Of a stretch of DNA of 32,000 nucleotides, positions 10,901 through 21,550 are shown one piece after another. The DNA is taken from the NCBI RefSeq assembly GCF_000012905.2, contig NC_007493.2, forward strand, positions 3,120,001 through 3,152,000. The letters run 5' to 3'. Position 1 is the first letter of the stretch; each line of letters begins with the position of its first letter. The notes beneath the pieces were generated by a model. That model saw only the letters and a program-made list of their open reading frames with translations. It was not told the DNA's origin and ran no database searches. This stretch comes from Cereibacter sphaeroides 2.4.1 (lineage in GTDB: Bacteria > Pseudomonadota > Alphaproteobacteria > Rhodobacterales > Rhodobacteraceae). The position numbers and the translations under genes were made by a program.

Positions 10901-13405
10901 GTCGAACAGCGGGCGGATGCCGATCATCGGCTCGGCCGGGCGCAGGCGGCGGGTGATCGTCCGCTCCACGGGCCGCCCCGATCCTTCCGAGACACGGGTC
11001 GCAACGAGGATCTCGAGCGGGCGCGCCGGATCCTCGACCTGCGGCAGATCGAGGGCGAAGCGCGCCTGACCGGCCTCGTCGGTGCGCTGGCCGCCGAACG
11101 AGGCGACCTGCGGATCGAAGCTCGCCGTCGAGCGGCCGAAGACATAGCCCGGAAACTTCGGCAGCCCCTCGGCCGCGCGCAGCAGCACCTCGCCCTCGAT
11201 GGCGAGATCCGCCCCCGGCGCGCCATAGAGGAAGTTCGCCTCGACCGTCAGTTCGGGCAAGTCGCCGAGCGCGATGGGCGCCTCGGGCAGGCTCGCCGTC
11301 ACGTCGATCCGTTCGGGCAGGAAATCCTCGACCAGCACGGTCTTCGCGGCGAGCGGCGCCGCCTCGAGATCGGCCAGCACCTCGAGCCGCCAGACCCCCC
11401 GGGGCGCCGAGCCCGCGAGCGGCAGATCGAACACATGGCCGCCCGCCCCGGTGCCCGAGGCCAGCGCGCGGGAATATTCCACCCCGTCGGGCCGCTTCAG
11501 GATCGCGGTCAGCGGCAGCCCCTCGATGGCCGCGGCCTCGCCGTCGCGGGCCAGCGCGAGGGCATGGATCGTCTCGCCCGCGCGATAGGCGCCGCGCTCG
11601 GTCGCAAGGAACACATCCACCGGCGGGGCGGGTTCGTGCCCCTCCACGCCCCGGTCGGACAGGTCGAACTCCGGATCGGTGAGCGACAGGAACGCGATGT
11701 CCGCCTCGCCCTCCTTCACCACCACCAAAGCGGGCTCGGCCGCCCCGGTGCCGCGCGTGAGGCCCGCATCGAAGGCGGCGAGGCCCTGATCGTCCGTCGT
11801 GGCCGTGCCCAGCACCGCATTCGCGCGCGACAGAAGCTCGACCGTGACGCCGGCCTTGGGCTCGGCCGATCCGAGGCTCCGCACGAAGACATGCAGCCCG
11901 TCCGTCCCCGACAGCGTCGTCACGCCGAGGTCGGAGATCACGAACCACTGCCAGGCGGCCGGATGTTCGTAGACATCCTGCCCCGGGATCGCGGCCTTCA
12001 GCGCATAGATGCCCGCGGGCAGGCCCCGCAGCGGCTCCTCCATCGGCAGGCGGGTGGTCATGTCGCGGTTGACCTCCATCGCCACCTCGCCGGTGCCGGT
12101 CCAGATCTCTTCGCCCACCTCGGAGGTGAACTGGTCGGCCTGCCACTGATCGAGCGGGCGGCCGAGGTAATCCTGCTGGATCGCCCGCAACAGGTTGCGG
12201 TCAGACACCCGGTAGACCGCCAGATCGAGCGTCCTCGCGTTCACCGTCTCGACCGGGATCGCCGGCGCGCCGGCGCGCGGCAGCACATAGGCCCGGCTCG
12301 GGAAGCGCACCGAGGGCGAGCGGTCGCGGACATAGGCCGCGATCTGCACCGACTTGGCGAGCGTCTGGCCGTCGGCCGCGGGCAGCCCCTCGCGGAAGGT
12401 CAGCACATGGCGCGCCCCGTGTGCCACGCCGCCCACGCAGATCCGCCGGTCCTCGGCTTCGACCGTCAGCCCCGGCTCTCCGAGCTGCACATAGCTTGCG
12501 TAATCGATGCCGCTGTCGGCCAGCTTCTCCGAGAAGGTCACGCAGATCCGCGGCCGCACCCGGTCGGCCTCGACCGCATTCTCGGTGATGCGGAAGCCGT
12601 ATTTCCCTGCCGCCGTGTCGAGCAGCCGGGCCGTGTCGTCGCGCGGCTGGATCGACTGGGCGAGGCGCAGCGCCTGCACCATGTCGCGCCCGCGGTCGAT
12701 CGTCTCGGCCGAAAGCGCGAGTTCGACCAGCGCCGTGTGGCGCAGCGCGGGCGAGCCCGCGCGCAGATAGCCGTTGATCGCCGCCCGGAAGGCGCGGTCG
12801 CGCAACGTGTCGCGGGACGAGCTGTCCGCCTCGCCCGCCGCCCGCAGACGGCGCGCATAGTCGATCCAGCTCTCGGCCCGGTCCGAGGCGCTGACCGCCG
12901 CGCCGGTGAAGTTCGCCGCCGCAATCCGGTCGCCCTGCGCCTCGGCGCGGGCCGCGCTCTGGAGATGCTCCTCGGCCGTGTAGCCGTTCACCGTATGCTC
13001 GTGGCCGAGCCCTGCCGCCTGCTCCTTCGCGCGCGTGAGATCATAGTCCGACAGGAAGGCCAGATCCGAGGCGCGGGCGCGGGCCGTCTCCTGCCGTGCG
13101 GGATCCTCCGGCACCACCACGCCCGAGATCGCCCCCTGATAGGGTGCGGCATCGCCCGAAGTGGATTTCGGGAAGCACGAGCCGTTGCGCCCGTTGAAGG
13201 TGAAGGCGGTGCAGCCCGTCCGCGACAGGCAGGCGCGCTCGCAGCCGTCGAGCGTCGTGTCGAGGAGGGTCGCCATGTCGCTGCCCGGCAGGTCGGTATC
13301 CGCGCTCAGGACGACGCGGCGGTCGGGCAGCCAGTCCTGCGCGGCCGCGGTGAGCGGCAGCATCAGACCGAGCATCAGGACCGGCAGCAGGTGACGGATG
13401 CGCAT
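7979..13405 (-). CDS. yfhM: bacterial alpha-2-macroglobulin family protein (YfhM/ECAM type) with thioester motif, 1808 aa
   Basis: Signal peptide MRIRHLLPVLMLGLMLPLTAAAQ from the ATG at 13405. The thioester motif YPYGCTEQ is encoded at 9296-9310. Size and the pbpC partner are typical of the family. It has an extra N-terminal four-Cys module. Confidence 0.9.
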   Translation of the reverse strand: MRIRHLLPVLMLGLMLPLTAAAQDWLPDRRVVLSADTDLPGSDMATLLDTTLDGCERACLSRTGCTAFTFNGRNGSCFPKSTSGDAAPYQGAISGVVVPEDPARQETARARASDLAFLSDYDLTRAKEQAAGLGHEHTVNGYTAEEHLQSAARAEAQGDRIAAANFTGAAVSASDRAESWIDYARRLRAAGEADSSSRDTLRDRAFRAAINGYLRAGSPALRHTALVELALSAETIDRGRDMVQALRLAQSIQPRDDTARLLDTAAGKYGFRITENAVEADRVRPRICVTFSEKLADSGIDYASYVQLGEPGLTVEAEDRRICVGGVAHGARHVLTFREGLPAADGQTLAKSVQIAAYVRDRSPSVRFPSRAYVLPRAGAPAIPVETVNARTLDLAVYRVSDRNLLRAIQQDYLGRPLDQWQADQFTSEVGEEIWTGTGEVAMEVNRDMTTRLPMEEPLRGLPAGIYALKAAIPGQDVYEHPAAWQWFVISDLGVTTLSGTDGLHVFVRSLGSAEPKAGVTVELLSRANAVLGTATTDDQGLAAFDAGLTRGTGAAEPALVVVKEGEADIAFLSLTDPEFDLSDRGVEGHEPAPPVDVFLATERGAYRAGETIHALALARDGEAAAIEGLPLTAILKRPDGVEYSRALASGTGAGGHVFDLPLAGSAPRGVWRLEVLADLEAAPLAAKTVLVEDFLPERIDVTASLPEAPIALGDLPELTVEANFLYGAPGADLAIEGEVLLRAAEGLPKFPGYVFGRSTASFDPQVASFGGQRTDEAGQARFALDLPQVEDPARPLEILVATRVSEGSGRPVERTITRRLRPAEPMIGIRPLFDGVAAQGTDARFALVGVGPEETPVPMSVRWTLNRIETDYQWYQQWGNWAWEPVETRTPVAEGEAELGTSPVEIGAPVDWGQYELVVERSDGRQAASSTSFYAGWYAPADVTATPDTLELSLDKPAYRPGETAQLRIVPRAPGKALVTVLSNRLIAMKAVEVGEGETLVELPVTDEWGTGVYVTATLLRPMDVAAGRNPTRALGLAHAAIDPGEKKLATRIETAPEAAPRGPMEVAVKVEGTAPGETAYATLAAVDVGILNLTGFETPDPEDHYFGQRKLGVGIRDLYGRLIDGMNGAQGSVRSGGDGGRAQTQAPPPTEELVAFFSGPVEVGPDGLARATFDLPAFNGTVRVMAVVWSKTGVGHAEQDVLVRDPVVVTASLPRFLAPGDESRLLLDIAHATGPAGRVSLDVSSPGLTVGSVPSGLDLAEKGRARIEVPVSAGRTGLQEIEVSLTTPDGKQLTKRLVVPVEVNDPEIARRDRLTLEGGQTFTLDDNLFAGFVPGTGRATMAIGPIARLDTAGLLASLDRYPYGCTEQITSRALPLLYLSSVARALDLPGTEDMSVRIGQAIDEVLTNQTAEGAFGLWQAQSGDFWLDAYVTDFLSRAKAQGHKVPELALRRALDNLRNQVNYSADFDEGGEALAYALMVLAREGAAAIGDLRYYADVKADAFSTPAAQAQLGAALASYGDQQRADAMFRKAAARLNGSLVAQSQQVFRADYGTAYRDAATVLTLAAEAGSQAVDREAVTTSLAARTGTLSTQEAVWTLLATNALIDRPELEGIAIDGTPATGPLVRLLRDGDPAVAVTNSGGPQVLTVTTTGVPSEPESAGGNGYAIARSYYTMEGEAADPGSVAAGTRLVAVLEVTPFGNGEGRLMVNDPLPAGFEIDNPNLMRGGQVDALDWLSPVENVAHAEFRQDRFLAALDRYDGEAFRLAYIVRAVSPGTFHHPAASVEDMYRPEFRAWTEAGRVTVTP

Positions 13406-13559
13406 GGGAAACTCCTCCGGAAGTCTTCGGCGGATGCTGTCACCGGGCTGCCGGAGAGGCAAGGATTCTCGGGGCGTTTCTGCGCCCAAGGCCGCTCGCG
13501 CTTAAGAAGAGATTCATTCTGCGGCCGCAGGATGCGGCAGGTCTAGGCGGGGCGGACGG

Positions 13560-16107
<2,548 letters not shown>

Positions 16108-16109
<2 letters not shown>

Positions 16110-16121
16110 GGCTTCGGCCTC
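16108..16121 (+). terminator. GAGGC-UUCG-GCCUC tetraloop hairpin overlapping the kinase stop codon
   Basis: 5-bp stem with a UUCG loop, read directly. No U-tract follows, so function is uncertain. Confidence 0.2.
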
Positions 16122-16262
16122 GCCCGGGCGGGCGACATGTAGGCAAGGCGGCCGAAAGATTGAGGCGGCACCGCGGCATCTGCGGGGATCGCGATCCATG
16201 CACGCCGGGGAAGCGGGGGCGTCGGGGAAGCCCAGTTGACAGCCGGCAACGAGGGCGCCGGG

Positions 16263-17036
16263 TCAGCCCGCGCGCAGGAAGACGGGGCGCTCGTCGGTGG
16301 AGAGGTCGGGCTCGTAGGCGTAGCCGCCCGCGCGGAAGGCGCGCAGGTCCTCCGGGTCGTCGAGCCGGTTCTCGGCGATGAAGCGGGCCATGGCGCCCCG
16401 GGCGCGCTTGGCCCAGAAGCTCACGATCTTGCGCTCGCCGTTGCGCTCTTCGAGGAAGGTGGGCGTGATCACGGGGAGCTTCAGCGCCGCGCGATCCGCG
16501 GCGGTGAAATATTCCACCGACGCGCAGTTCACGAGGACGCGCGCCCCGGTCTCTGCCGCGCGCGCGTTCAGGGCCTCGGCAATCCGGTCGCCCCAGAAAT
16601 CGTAGAGCGTCGCGCCGCGCTCGGTCGCAAGCCGCGTGCCCATCTCGAGCCGGTGCGGCTGGATCCGGTCGAGCGGGCGCAGGAGCCCGTAGAGGCCCGA
16701 GAGGATGCAGATCCTCTCCTGCGCCCAGCGGAGCGCATCGGCATCCATGGTCCGCGCCTCGAGACCGGCATAGGTGTCGCCGTCGAACAAGGCGACCGCA
16801 GGCACGGCCGCATTTCGCGCTTCGTGAAATTCCGCGAAGCGCGCCACGTTCAGCCGGGCCAGCGGCTCGGAGATATGCATGAGCCGGCGCAGGTCGGCCG
16901 CGGTCAGATCGCGCGCGACCCGCGCCAGCGCATCGGCCTGATCCTGCAGGCGCGGCTCGGACGGCGCGAGATCCGCGGGCAGATCGAGGGCGGGCTGCGC
17001 CGCGAGGCGCTTGGCGGGCGACAGGACGGCGAGCAT
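16263..17036 (-). CDS. yaaA: peroxide stress protein YaaA (UPF0246/DUF328), 257 aa
   Basis: It corresponds to the C-terminal part of track ORF 16263..18383. MLAVLSPAKRL... is the characteristic YaaA N-terminus. Its ATG (17034-17036) shares one nucleotide with the recQ stop (TGATG). Confidence 0.85.
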   Translation of the reverse strand: MLAVLSPAKRLAAQPALDLPADLAPSEPRLQDQADALARVARDLTAADLRRLMHISEPLARLNVARFAEFHEARNAAVPAVALFDGDTYAGLEARTMDADALRWAQERICILSGLYGLLRPLDRIQPHRLEMGTRLATERGATLYDFWGDRIAEALNARAAETGARVLVNCASVEYFTAADRAALKLPVITPTFLEERNGERKIVSFWAKRARGAMARFIAENRLDDPEDLRAFRAGGYAYEPDLSTDERPVFLRAG

Positions 17037-19081
17037 CAGGCCTCCCGCAGCACGTCGAGGAAGGCCTCGCCGAAGCGCTCGATCTTCTGCGCGCCGAGAT
17101 CGCCCACGCGGTCGAGATCGGCGAGCGTCGTGGGCCGCGCCTCGGCGATCCGGCGCAGCGTGCTCTGCGGCAGGCTCAGCGGCTTGCCGGTGCCGTCCTC
17201 GCCGCGCATCAGCGCGACCTGCGCCTCGGCCAGCCGGTCGAAGAGCTCGGCCGCACCCCGCCCCGCCAGACGGCGGCGCTGGGGATGCATGGCGGCCTCG
17301 GCCTCGCCGGTGACGACGGCAAGGAAGGTCGCGCCGTAGCTCTCGAGCTTCTTGGCGCCGACGCCTGTGATCCCGGCCATCTCGTCGAGGGTCTGCGGCC
17401 GACGCTCGGCCATCTCGATCAGGGTGCGGTCGGTGAAGATCACATAGGCGGGCACGCCCGCGGCCTCGGCGAGCGCCCGGCGCTTGGCCTTCAGCGCAGA
17501 CAGAAGCGGCGCATCCTCCTCGGAGATCAGCGCGCGGGCCTGCGGCCGGGCCGCGGCGGATTTCACCGTGTCGCGGCGGAGCGTGATCTGCTCCTCCCCG
17601 CGGAGGATGGGGCGGGCGGCCTCGGTCATCTTCAGCGCGCCGTGGCGTTCGGGATCGGGCCGCACCAGATCGCGCCCCATCATCTGCCGGAACACCGCCT
17701 CCCACGCCGGGCGCGAGAGATCCCGGCCGACCGAGAAGGTGGGCAGCCCGTCGTGGCCGCGGTCGCGCACCTTCTGGGTCGCAGTGCCGGTCAGGATGTC
17801 GATCAGATGGCCGGTCCCGAACCATTCGCCGGTGCGCAGGATCGCCGACAGCGCCTTGCGCACCGCCTCGGTCGCATCGAAGAGCTCGGCCGGGCGGTCG
17901 CAGAGATCGCAGGTGCCGCAGGGCTCGGAGCTTTCGCCGAAATAGCCGAGCAGCACCTGCCGCCGGCAGGCGGTGGCCTCGGCCAGACCCAGCAGCGCGT
18001 TCAGCCGGGCATGATCGGCGGCCTTGCGGTCGGGCGGGGCCAGCCCCTCGTCGATCTGGGAGCGGCGCAGGCGGATGTCGTCGGGGCCGTAGAGCGTCAG
18101 CGTCTCGGCCGGGGCGCCGTCTCGGCCAGCGCGGCCGATCTCCTGATAATAGCCCTCGATGGATTTCGGCAGGTCGGCATGGGCCACCCAGCGGATGTCG
18201 GGCTTGTCGATGCCCATGCCGAAGGCAACCGTCGCCACGACGATGAGACCGTCCTCCTGCTGGAAGCGGATCTCGACCGCGCGCCGGTCGTGGGCCTCCA
18301 TCCCGCCATGATAGTGGCAGGCGGAATGCCCCGCCTCGCGCAGCGCCTGGGCGAGCGTCTCGGTCTTGGCGCGGGTGGCGCAATAGACGATGCCCGAGCG
18401 GCCCTTGCGCGCGGCGGCGAAGGCCAGGATCTGCTGGCGCGGGCTCGCCTTGACGGCGAAGGCCAGATGGATGTTCGGCCGGTCGAAGCCGCGCAGGAAG
18501 GTGGCGGGCGCCACGCCGTCGAAGAGGCGCGCCACGATCTCTTCCTGCGTTTCGGCGTCGGCGGTGGCGGTAAAGGCCGCCAGTGGCACGTCGAGCGCGC
18601 GGCGCAGTTCGCCGATGCGCAGGTAATCGGGGCGGAAGTCATGGCCCCACTGGCTCACGCAATGGGCCTCGTCCACCGCGATGAGCCCCACCCCCACCCG
18701 GCGCAAGAGCGCGAAGGCCCCGGCCGAGGCGAGCCGCTCGGGCGCCATGTAGAGGAGCTTGATCCGGCCCTCGTCGAGCGCCCGGAACACCTCGTCCGTC
18801 TCGGCCTCGGTGTTGCCCGAGGTGAGCGCACCGGCCTCGACCCCCGCCTCGCGCAGCGAGCGCACCTGATCGCGCATGAGCGCGATCAGCGGCGAGACGA
18901 CGAGCGTCACCCCTTCGCGGGAGAGGGCGGGCAGCTGGTAGCAGAGCGACTTGCCGCCGCCCGTCGGCATGATGGCGAGCGTGTTCTGCCCCTGCCGCAC
19001 CGCCTCGACGATCTCTTCCTGCCCCGGCCGGAAGTCGGAAAAGCCGAAGATCGAATGAAGAAGCTCGCGCGGGGTGGGCAT
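17036..19081 (-). CDS. recQ: ATP-dependent DNA helicase RecQ, 681 aa, with two C-terminal HRDC-like domains
   Basis: Motif I MPTGGGKSLCYQ and DEAH (VDEAHCVSQWGHDFRPDY). A Zn-binding cluster C...CGTCDLC is present. One canonical HRDC is followed by a second HRDC-like repeat. Confidence 0.93.
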   Translation of the reverse strand: MPTPRELLHSIFGFSDFRPGQEEIVEAVRQGQNTLAIMPTGGGKSLCYQLPALSREGVTLVVSPLIALMRDQVRSLREAGVEAGALTSGNTEAETDEVFRALDEGRIKLLYMAPERLASAGAFALLRRVGVGLIAVDEAHCVSQWGHDFRPDYLRIGELRRALDVPLAAFTATADAETQEEIVARLFDGVAPATFLRGFDRPNIHLAFAVKASPRQQILAFAAARKGRSGIVYCATRAKTETLAQALREAGHSACHYHGGMEAHDRRAVEIRFQQEDGLIVVATVAFGMGIDKPDIRWVAHADLPKSIEGYYQEIGRAGRDGAPAETLTLYGPDDIRLRRSQIDEGLAPPDRKAADHARLNALLGLAEATACRRQVLLGYFGESSEPCGTCDLCDRPAELFDATEAVRKALSAILRTGEWFGTGHLIDILTGTATQKVRDRGHDGLPTFSVGRDLSRPAWEAVFRQMMGRDLVRPDPERHGALKMTEAARPILRGEEQITLRRDTVKSAAARPQARALISEEDAPLLSALKAKRRALAEAAGVPAYVIFTDRTLIEMAERRPQTLDEMAGITGVGAKKLESYGATFLAVVTGEAEAAMHPQRRRLAGRGAAELFDRLAEAQVALMRGEDGTGKPLSLPQSTLRRIAEARPTTLADLDRVGDLGAQKIERFGEAFLDVLREA

Positions 19082-19096
19082 AAGGCAATCCGTCTG

Positions 19097-19117
19097 GGTC
19101 CGGCGCGGGGCCGGACC
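19097..19117 (-). promoter_or_regulatory. 8-bp GC hairpin in the yggT-recQ spacer
   Basis: GGTCCGGC-gcggg-GCCGGACC read directly. No U-tract on the coding (minus) strand. Confidence 0.2.
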
Positions 19118-19138
19118 GTCAGGTGAGGTGGGGAAGGA

Positions 19139-19429
19139 TCAGAAGTAGAAGCTGGCCATGTTGTTGCGCAGCACGATCTGCAGCGCGTAGATCGCGACCA
19201 GCACGATCAGCGGTGCGAGATCCAGACCCCCCATCGAGGGCAGGATGCGGCGCACCTGCGAATAGATCGGCTCGAGCAGGCGGCTCAGCCCGTCCCAGAT
19301 CTGGCCGACGAGCGGCTGACGCAGGTTCAGCACCTCGAAATTGATGAGCCAGCTCATGATGATATGCGCGAAGATGATGAACTTCGCGATGTCGAGGATC
19401 AGCATCAGGATCTGGAAGAGCGATATCAT
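19139..19429 (-). CDS. yggT: YggT family small membrane protein, 96 aa
   Basis: MISLFQILMLILDIAKFIIFAHIIMSWLI... shows the typical YggT two-TM pattern. The start was trimmed to the ATG at 19427-19429. Confidence 0.8.
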   Translation of the reverse strand: MISLFQILMLILDIAKFIIFAHIIMSWLINFEVLNLRQPLVGQIWDGLSRLLEPIYSQVRRILPSMGGLDLAPLIVLVAIYALQIVLRNNMASFYF

Positions 19430-19557
19430 GGACGCATCCTTCACGGGAAATCTCAAAGACAGGTATAGACGGGCCCGCCAAAGGGCAACCTCGTTCCGCT
19501 GCGTTGGCCTTGACGGGACCGTGATGGCGTAGCACCCAAGGCGTGAAGGAGTGATTG

Positions 19558-20085
19558 ATGTATCCTTACGTCCGCCTTTTCATGGAGATGCGCCGCGCGC
19601 GGCGGCTCGATCCCCTGCCGGTTCTGGGTACGCACCGCTCCTCGCACCGCTGCCTGCCCTGGGATCTCGCCCCGTGGCGCGAGCTCAACAACGGGCGGAC
19701 GCTGACCCTGTTCGATCTGGGCCGGGCGCCGCTTCTGGTGCGCACGGGGATGCAGCGGATCTGCTCCGAAAAGGGCTGGGGCATGACGGTGGCGGGCAGC
19801 TCGGTGCGTTACCGGCGGCGCGTGGTGCTGATGGAACGGCTCGAGATGGTGAGCCGCTGCCTCGGCTGGGACGGACGGTTCTTCTACATGGAGCAGAGCC
19901 TCTGGCGGAAGGGCGACTGCACGAGCCACATGCTGCTGCGCGCGGCCACGACCACGGGATCGGGCATCGTGCCGCCGGCCGAGGTGGCGGCGGCCCTCGG
20001 CGCGGGCGAGAGCCCGCCCCTGCCCGACTGGGCGCAGGCCTGGATCGAGGCCGACGCGCTGCGGCCCTGGCCGCCTGCGGCCTGA
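19558..20085 (+). CDS. hotdog-fold thioesterase family protein, 175 aa
   Basis: GGAG SD 7 nt upstream of ATG 19558. The sequence resembles acyl-CoA thioesterase-like proteins. This is a family-level call only. Confidence 0.5.
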   Translation: MYPYVRLFMEMRRARRLDPLPVLGTHRSSHRCLPWDLAPWRELNNGRTLTLFDLGRAPLLVRTGMQRICSEKGWGMTVAGSSVRYRRRVVLMERLEMVSRCLGWDGRFFYMEQSLWRKGDCTSHMLLRAATTTGSGIVPPAEVAAALGAGESPPLPDWAQAWIEADALRPWPPAA

Positions 20086-20179
20086 GGCAGGCGCCCGTGC
20101 CCCGAGACGCGTGGCCCGGAGCCTCGGGTTGCGTCGGGGACGCATTTCGGGCTTCATCCGCGCGATCCACGGAGGGGCC

Positions 20180-21550
20180 ATGGCACGCGCGCGACTTCGC
20201 ATATGGGGCTGGTATTTCTTCGACTGGGCGAGCCAGCCCTACAGCACCCTCCTCCTGACCTTCGTCTTCGCACCCTATTTTGCCGAGGTGGCGCGCGGGC
20301 GCTATCTGGCCGAAGGCATGGACGCCGTGGCCGCGGGCGCGGCGGCGCAGTCGCTCTGGGCCACCGGCCTCGGCGCGGCCAGCCTTGTCGTGGCGCTGCT
20401 CGCGCCGCTTCTCGGGGCCGTCGCGGATGCGGGCGGGCGCAGGCTCGTCTGGATTTGGGGCTTTTCGGCCTTCTACATCCTGGGCTCGGCGGGGCTCTGG
20501 GCGCTGGCGCACGGCGGAGACGGCCTCGTCTGGGCGCTGGTCTGCTTCGGGCTGGGCTTCGTGGGGATGGAATTCGCGACCATCTTCACCAATGCGCTCC
20601 TGCCCTCGCTCGGGCCCCGCGACCGGATCGGCGAGATCTCGGGCTCGGGCTTCGCCTTCGGCTATCTGGGCGGCGTGCTGGCCCTGGCGCTGATGCTCCT
20701 CTTTCTGGCCGAGAGCGCGCAGACCGGGCGGACCCTCATCGGCCTTCCACCGGCCTTCGGCCTCGACCCGGAGCTGCGCGAGGGCACGCGCGCCGTGGGA
20801 CCCTTCACCGCCCTCTGGTATGCGGTCTTCATGGTGCCCTTCTTCCTGTGGGTGCGCGAGCCCGCCCTGCCGCGCAGCCCTGTCCGGTTCGGCGCGGCTC
20901 TGGGCCGGCTCGGCAGCTTCCTGAAAAGCCTGCCCCGGCGGCGGAGCCTCGCGGCCTATCTCGCCTCGTCGCTCCTTTATCGCGACGCGCTGAACGCGCT
21001 CTACGGGTTCGGCGGCGTCTATGCCTCGGGCGTGCTCGGCTGGAGCATCATCCAGATCGGCGTCTTCGGCGTGGTGGGCGCGGTGACGGCCACCGTCGCC
21101 TCGTGGGCAGGAGGGCGCGCCGACCGCCGCTTCGGCCCGAAGCCCGTGATCGCCGTCTGCATCCTGCTTCTGACGGCGGTCTGCATCCTGATCGTCGGCA
21201 CCGCGCGCGAGAGCCTCTTCGGCCAGCCGCTGCCCGAGGGCTCGCGCCTGCCCGATCTGATCTTCTTCGGCTGCGGCGCGCTGATCGGCGGCGCAGGCGG
21301 GGCGCTTCAGGCCGCGAGCCGCACGCTGATGGCCTGCCACACCACGCCCGAGCGCGCGACCGAGGCCTTCGGGATCTACGCTCTGTCCGGCAAGGTCACG
21401 AGTTTCCTCGCGCCGTTCCTGATCGCGCTCGCCACCGGCCTCAGCGGATCGCAGCGCGCGGGCATCGCTCCGCTGATCCTTCTCTTCCTTGCGGGGCTCG
21501 TTCTGCTAGTCTGGGTGAAACCGGGCGGCGAACAACGGGCAGTGACATGA
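20180..21550 (+). CDS. MFS transporter, UMF1 (Atg22-like) family, 456 aa
   Basis: N-terminus WGWYFFDWASQPYSTLLLTFVFAPYF is typical of UMF1, and about 12 hydrophobic segments follow. The start is at MARARLRIWGW. Confidence 0.8.
   Translation: MARARLRIWGWYFFDWASQPYSTLLLTFVFAPYFAEVARGRYLAEGMDAVAAGAAAQSLWATGLGAASLVVALLAPLLGAVADAGGRRLVWIWGFSAFYILGSAGLWALAHGGDGLVWALVCFGLGFVGMEFATIFTNALLPSLGPRDRIGEISGSGFAFGYLGGVLALALMLLFLAESAQTGRTLIGLPPAFGLDPELREGTRAVGPFTALWYAVFMVPFFLWVREPALPRSPVRFGAALGRLGSFLKSLPRRRSLAAYLASSLLYRDALNALYGFGGVYASGVLGWSIIQIGVFGVVGAVTATVASWAGGRADRRFGPKPVIAVCILLLTAVCILIVGTARESLFGQPLPEGSRLPDLIFFGCGALIGGAGGALQAASRTLMACHTTPERATEAFGIYALSGKVTSFLAPFLIALATGLSGSQRAGIAPLILLFLAGLVLLVWVKPGGEQRAVT

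Noticed and set aside
8060-13546. A stop-free 1828-aa ORF on the plus strand, exactly antisense to the alpha-2-macroglobulin gene.
   Set aside because: The product is Arg/Gly/Ala/Pro/His-rich low-complexity sequence with no recognisable domain. The opposite strand encodes a recognisable A2M with signal peptide and CTEQ motif. Long antisense shadow ORFs are expected at this GC content because stop codons are AT-rich.
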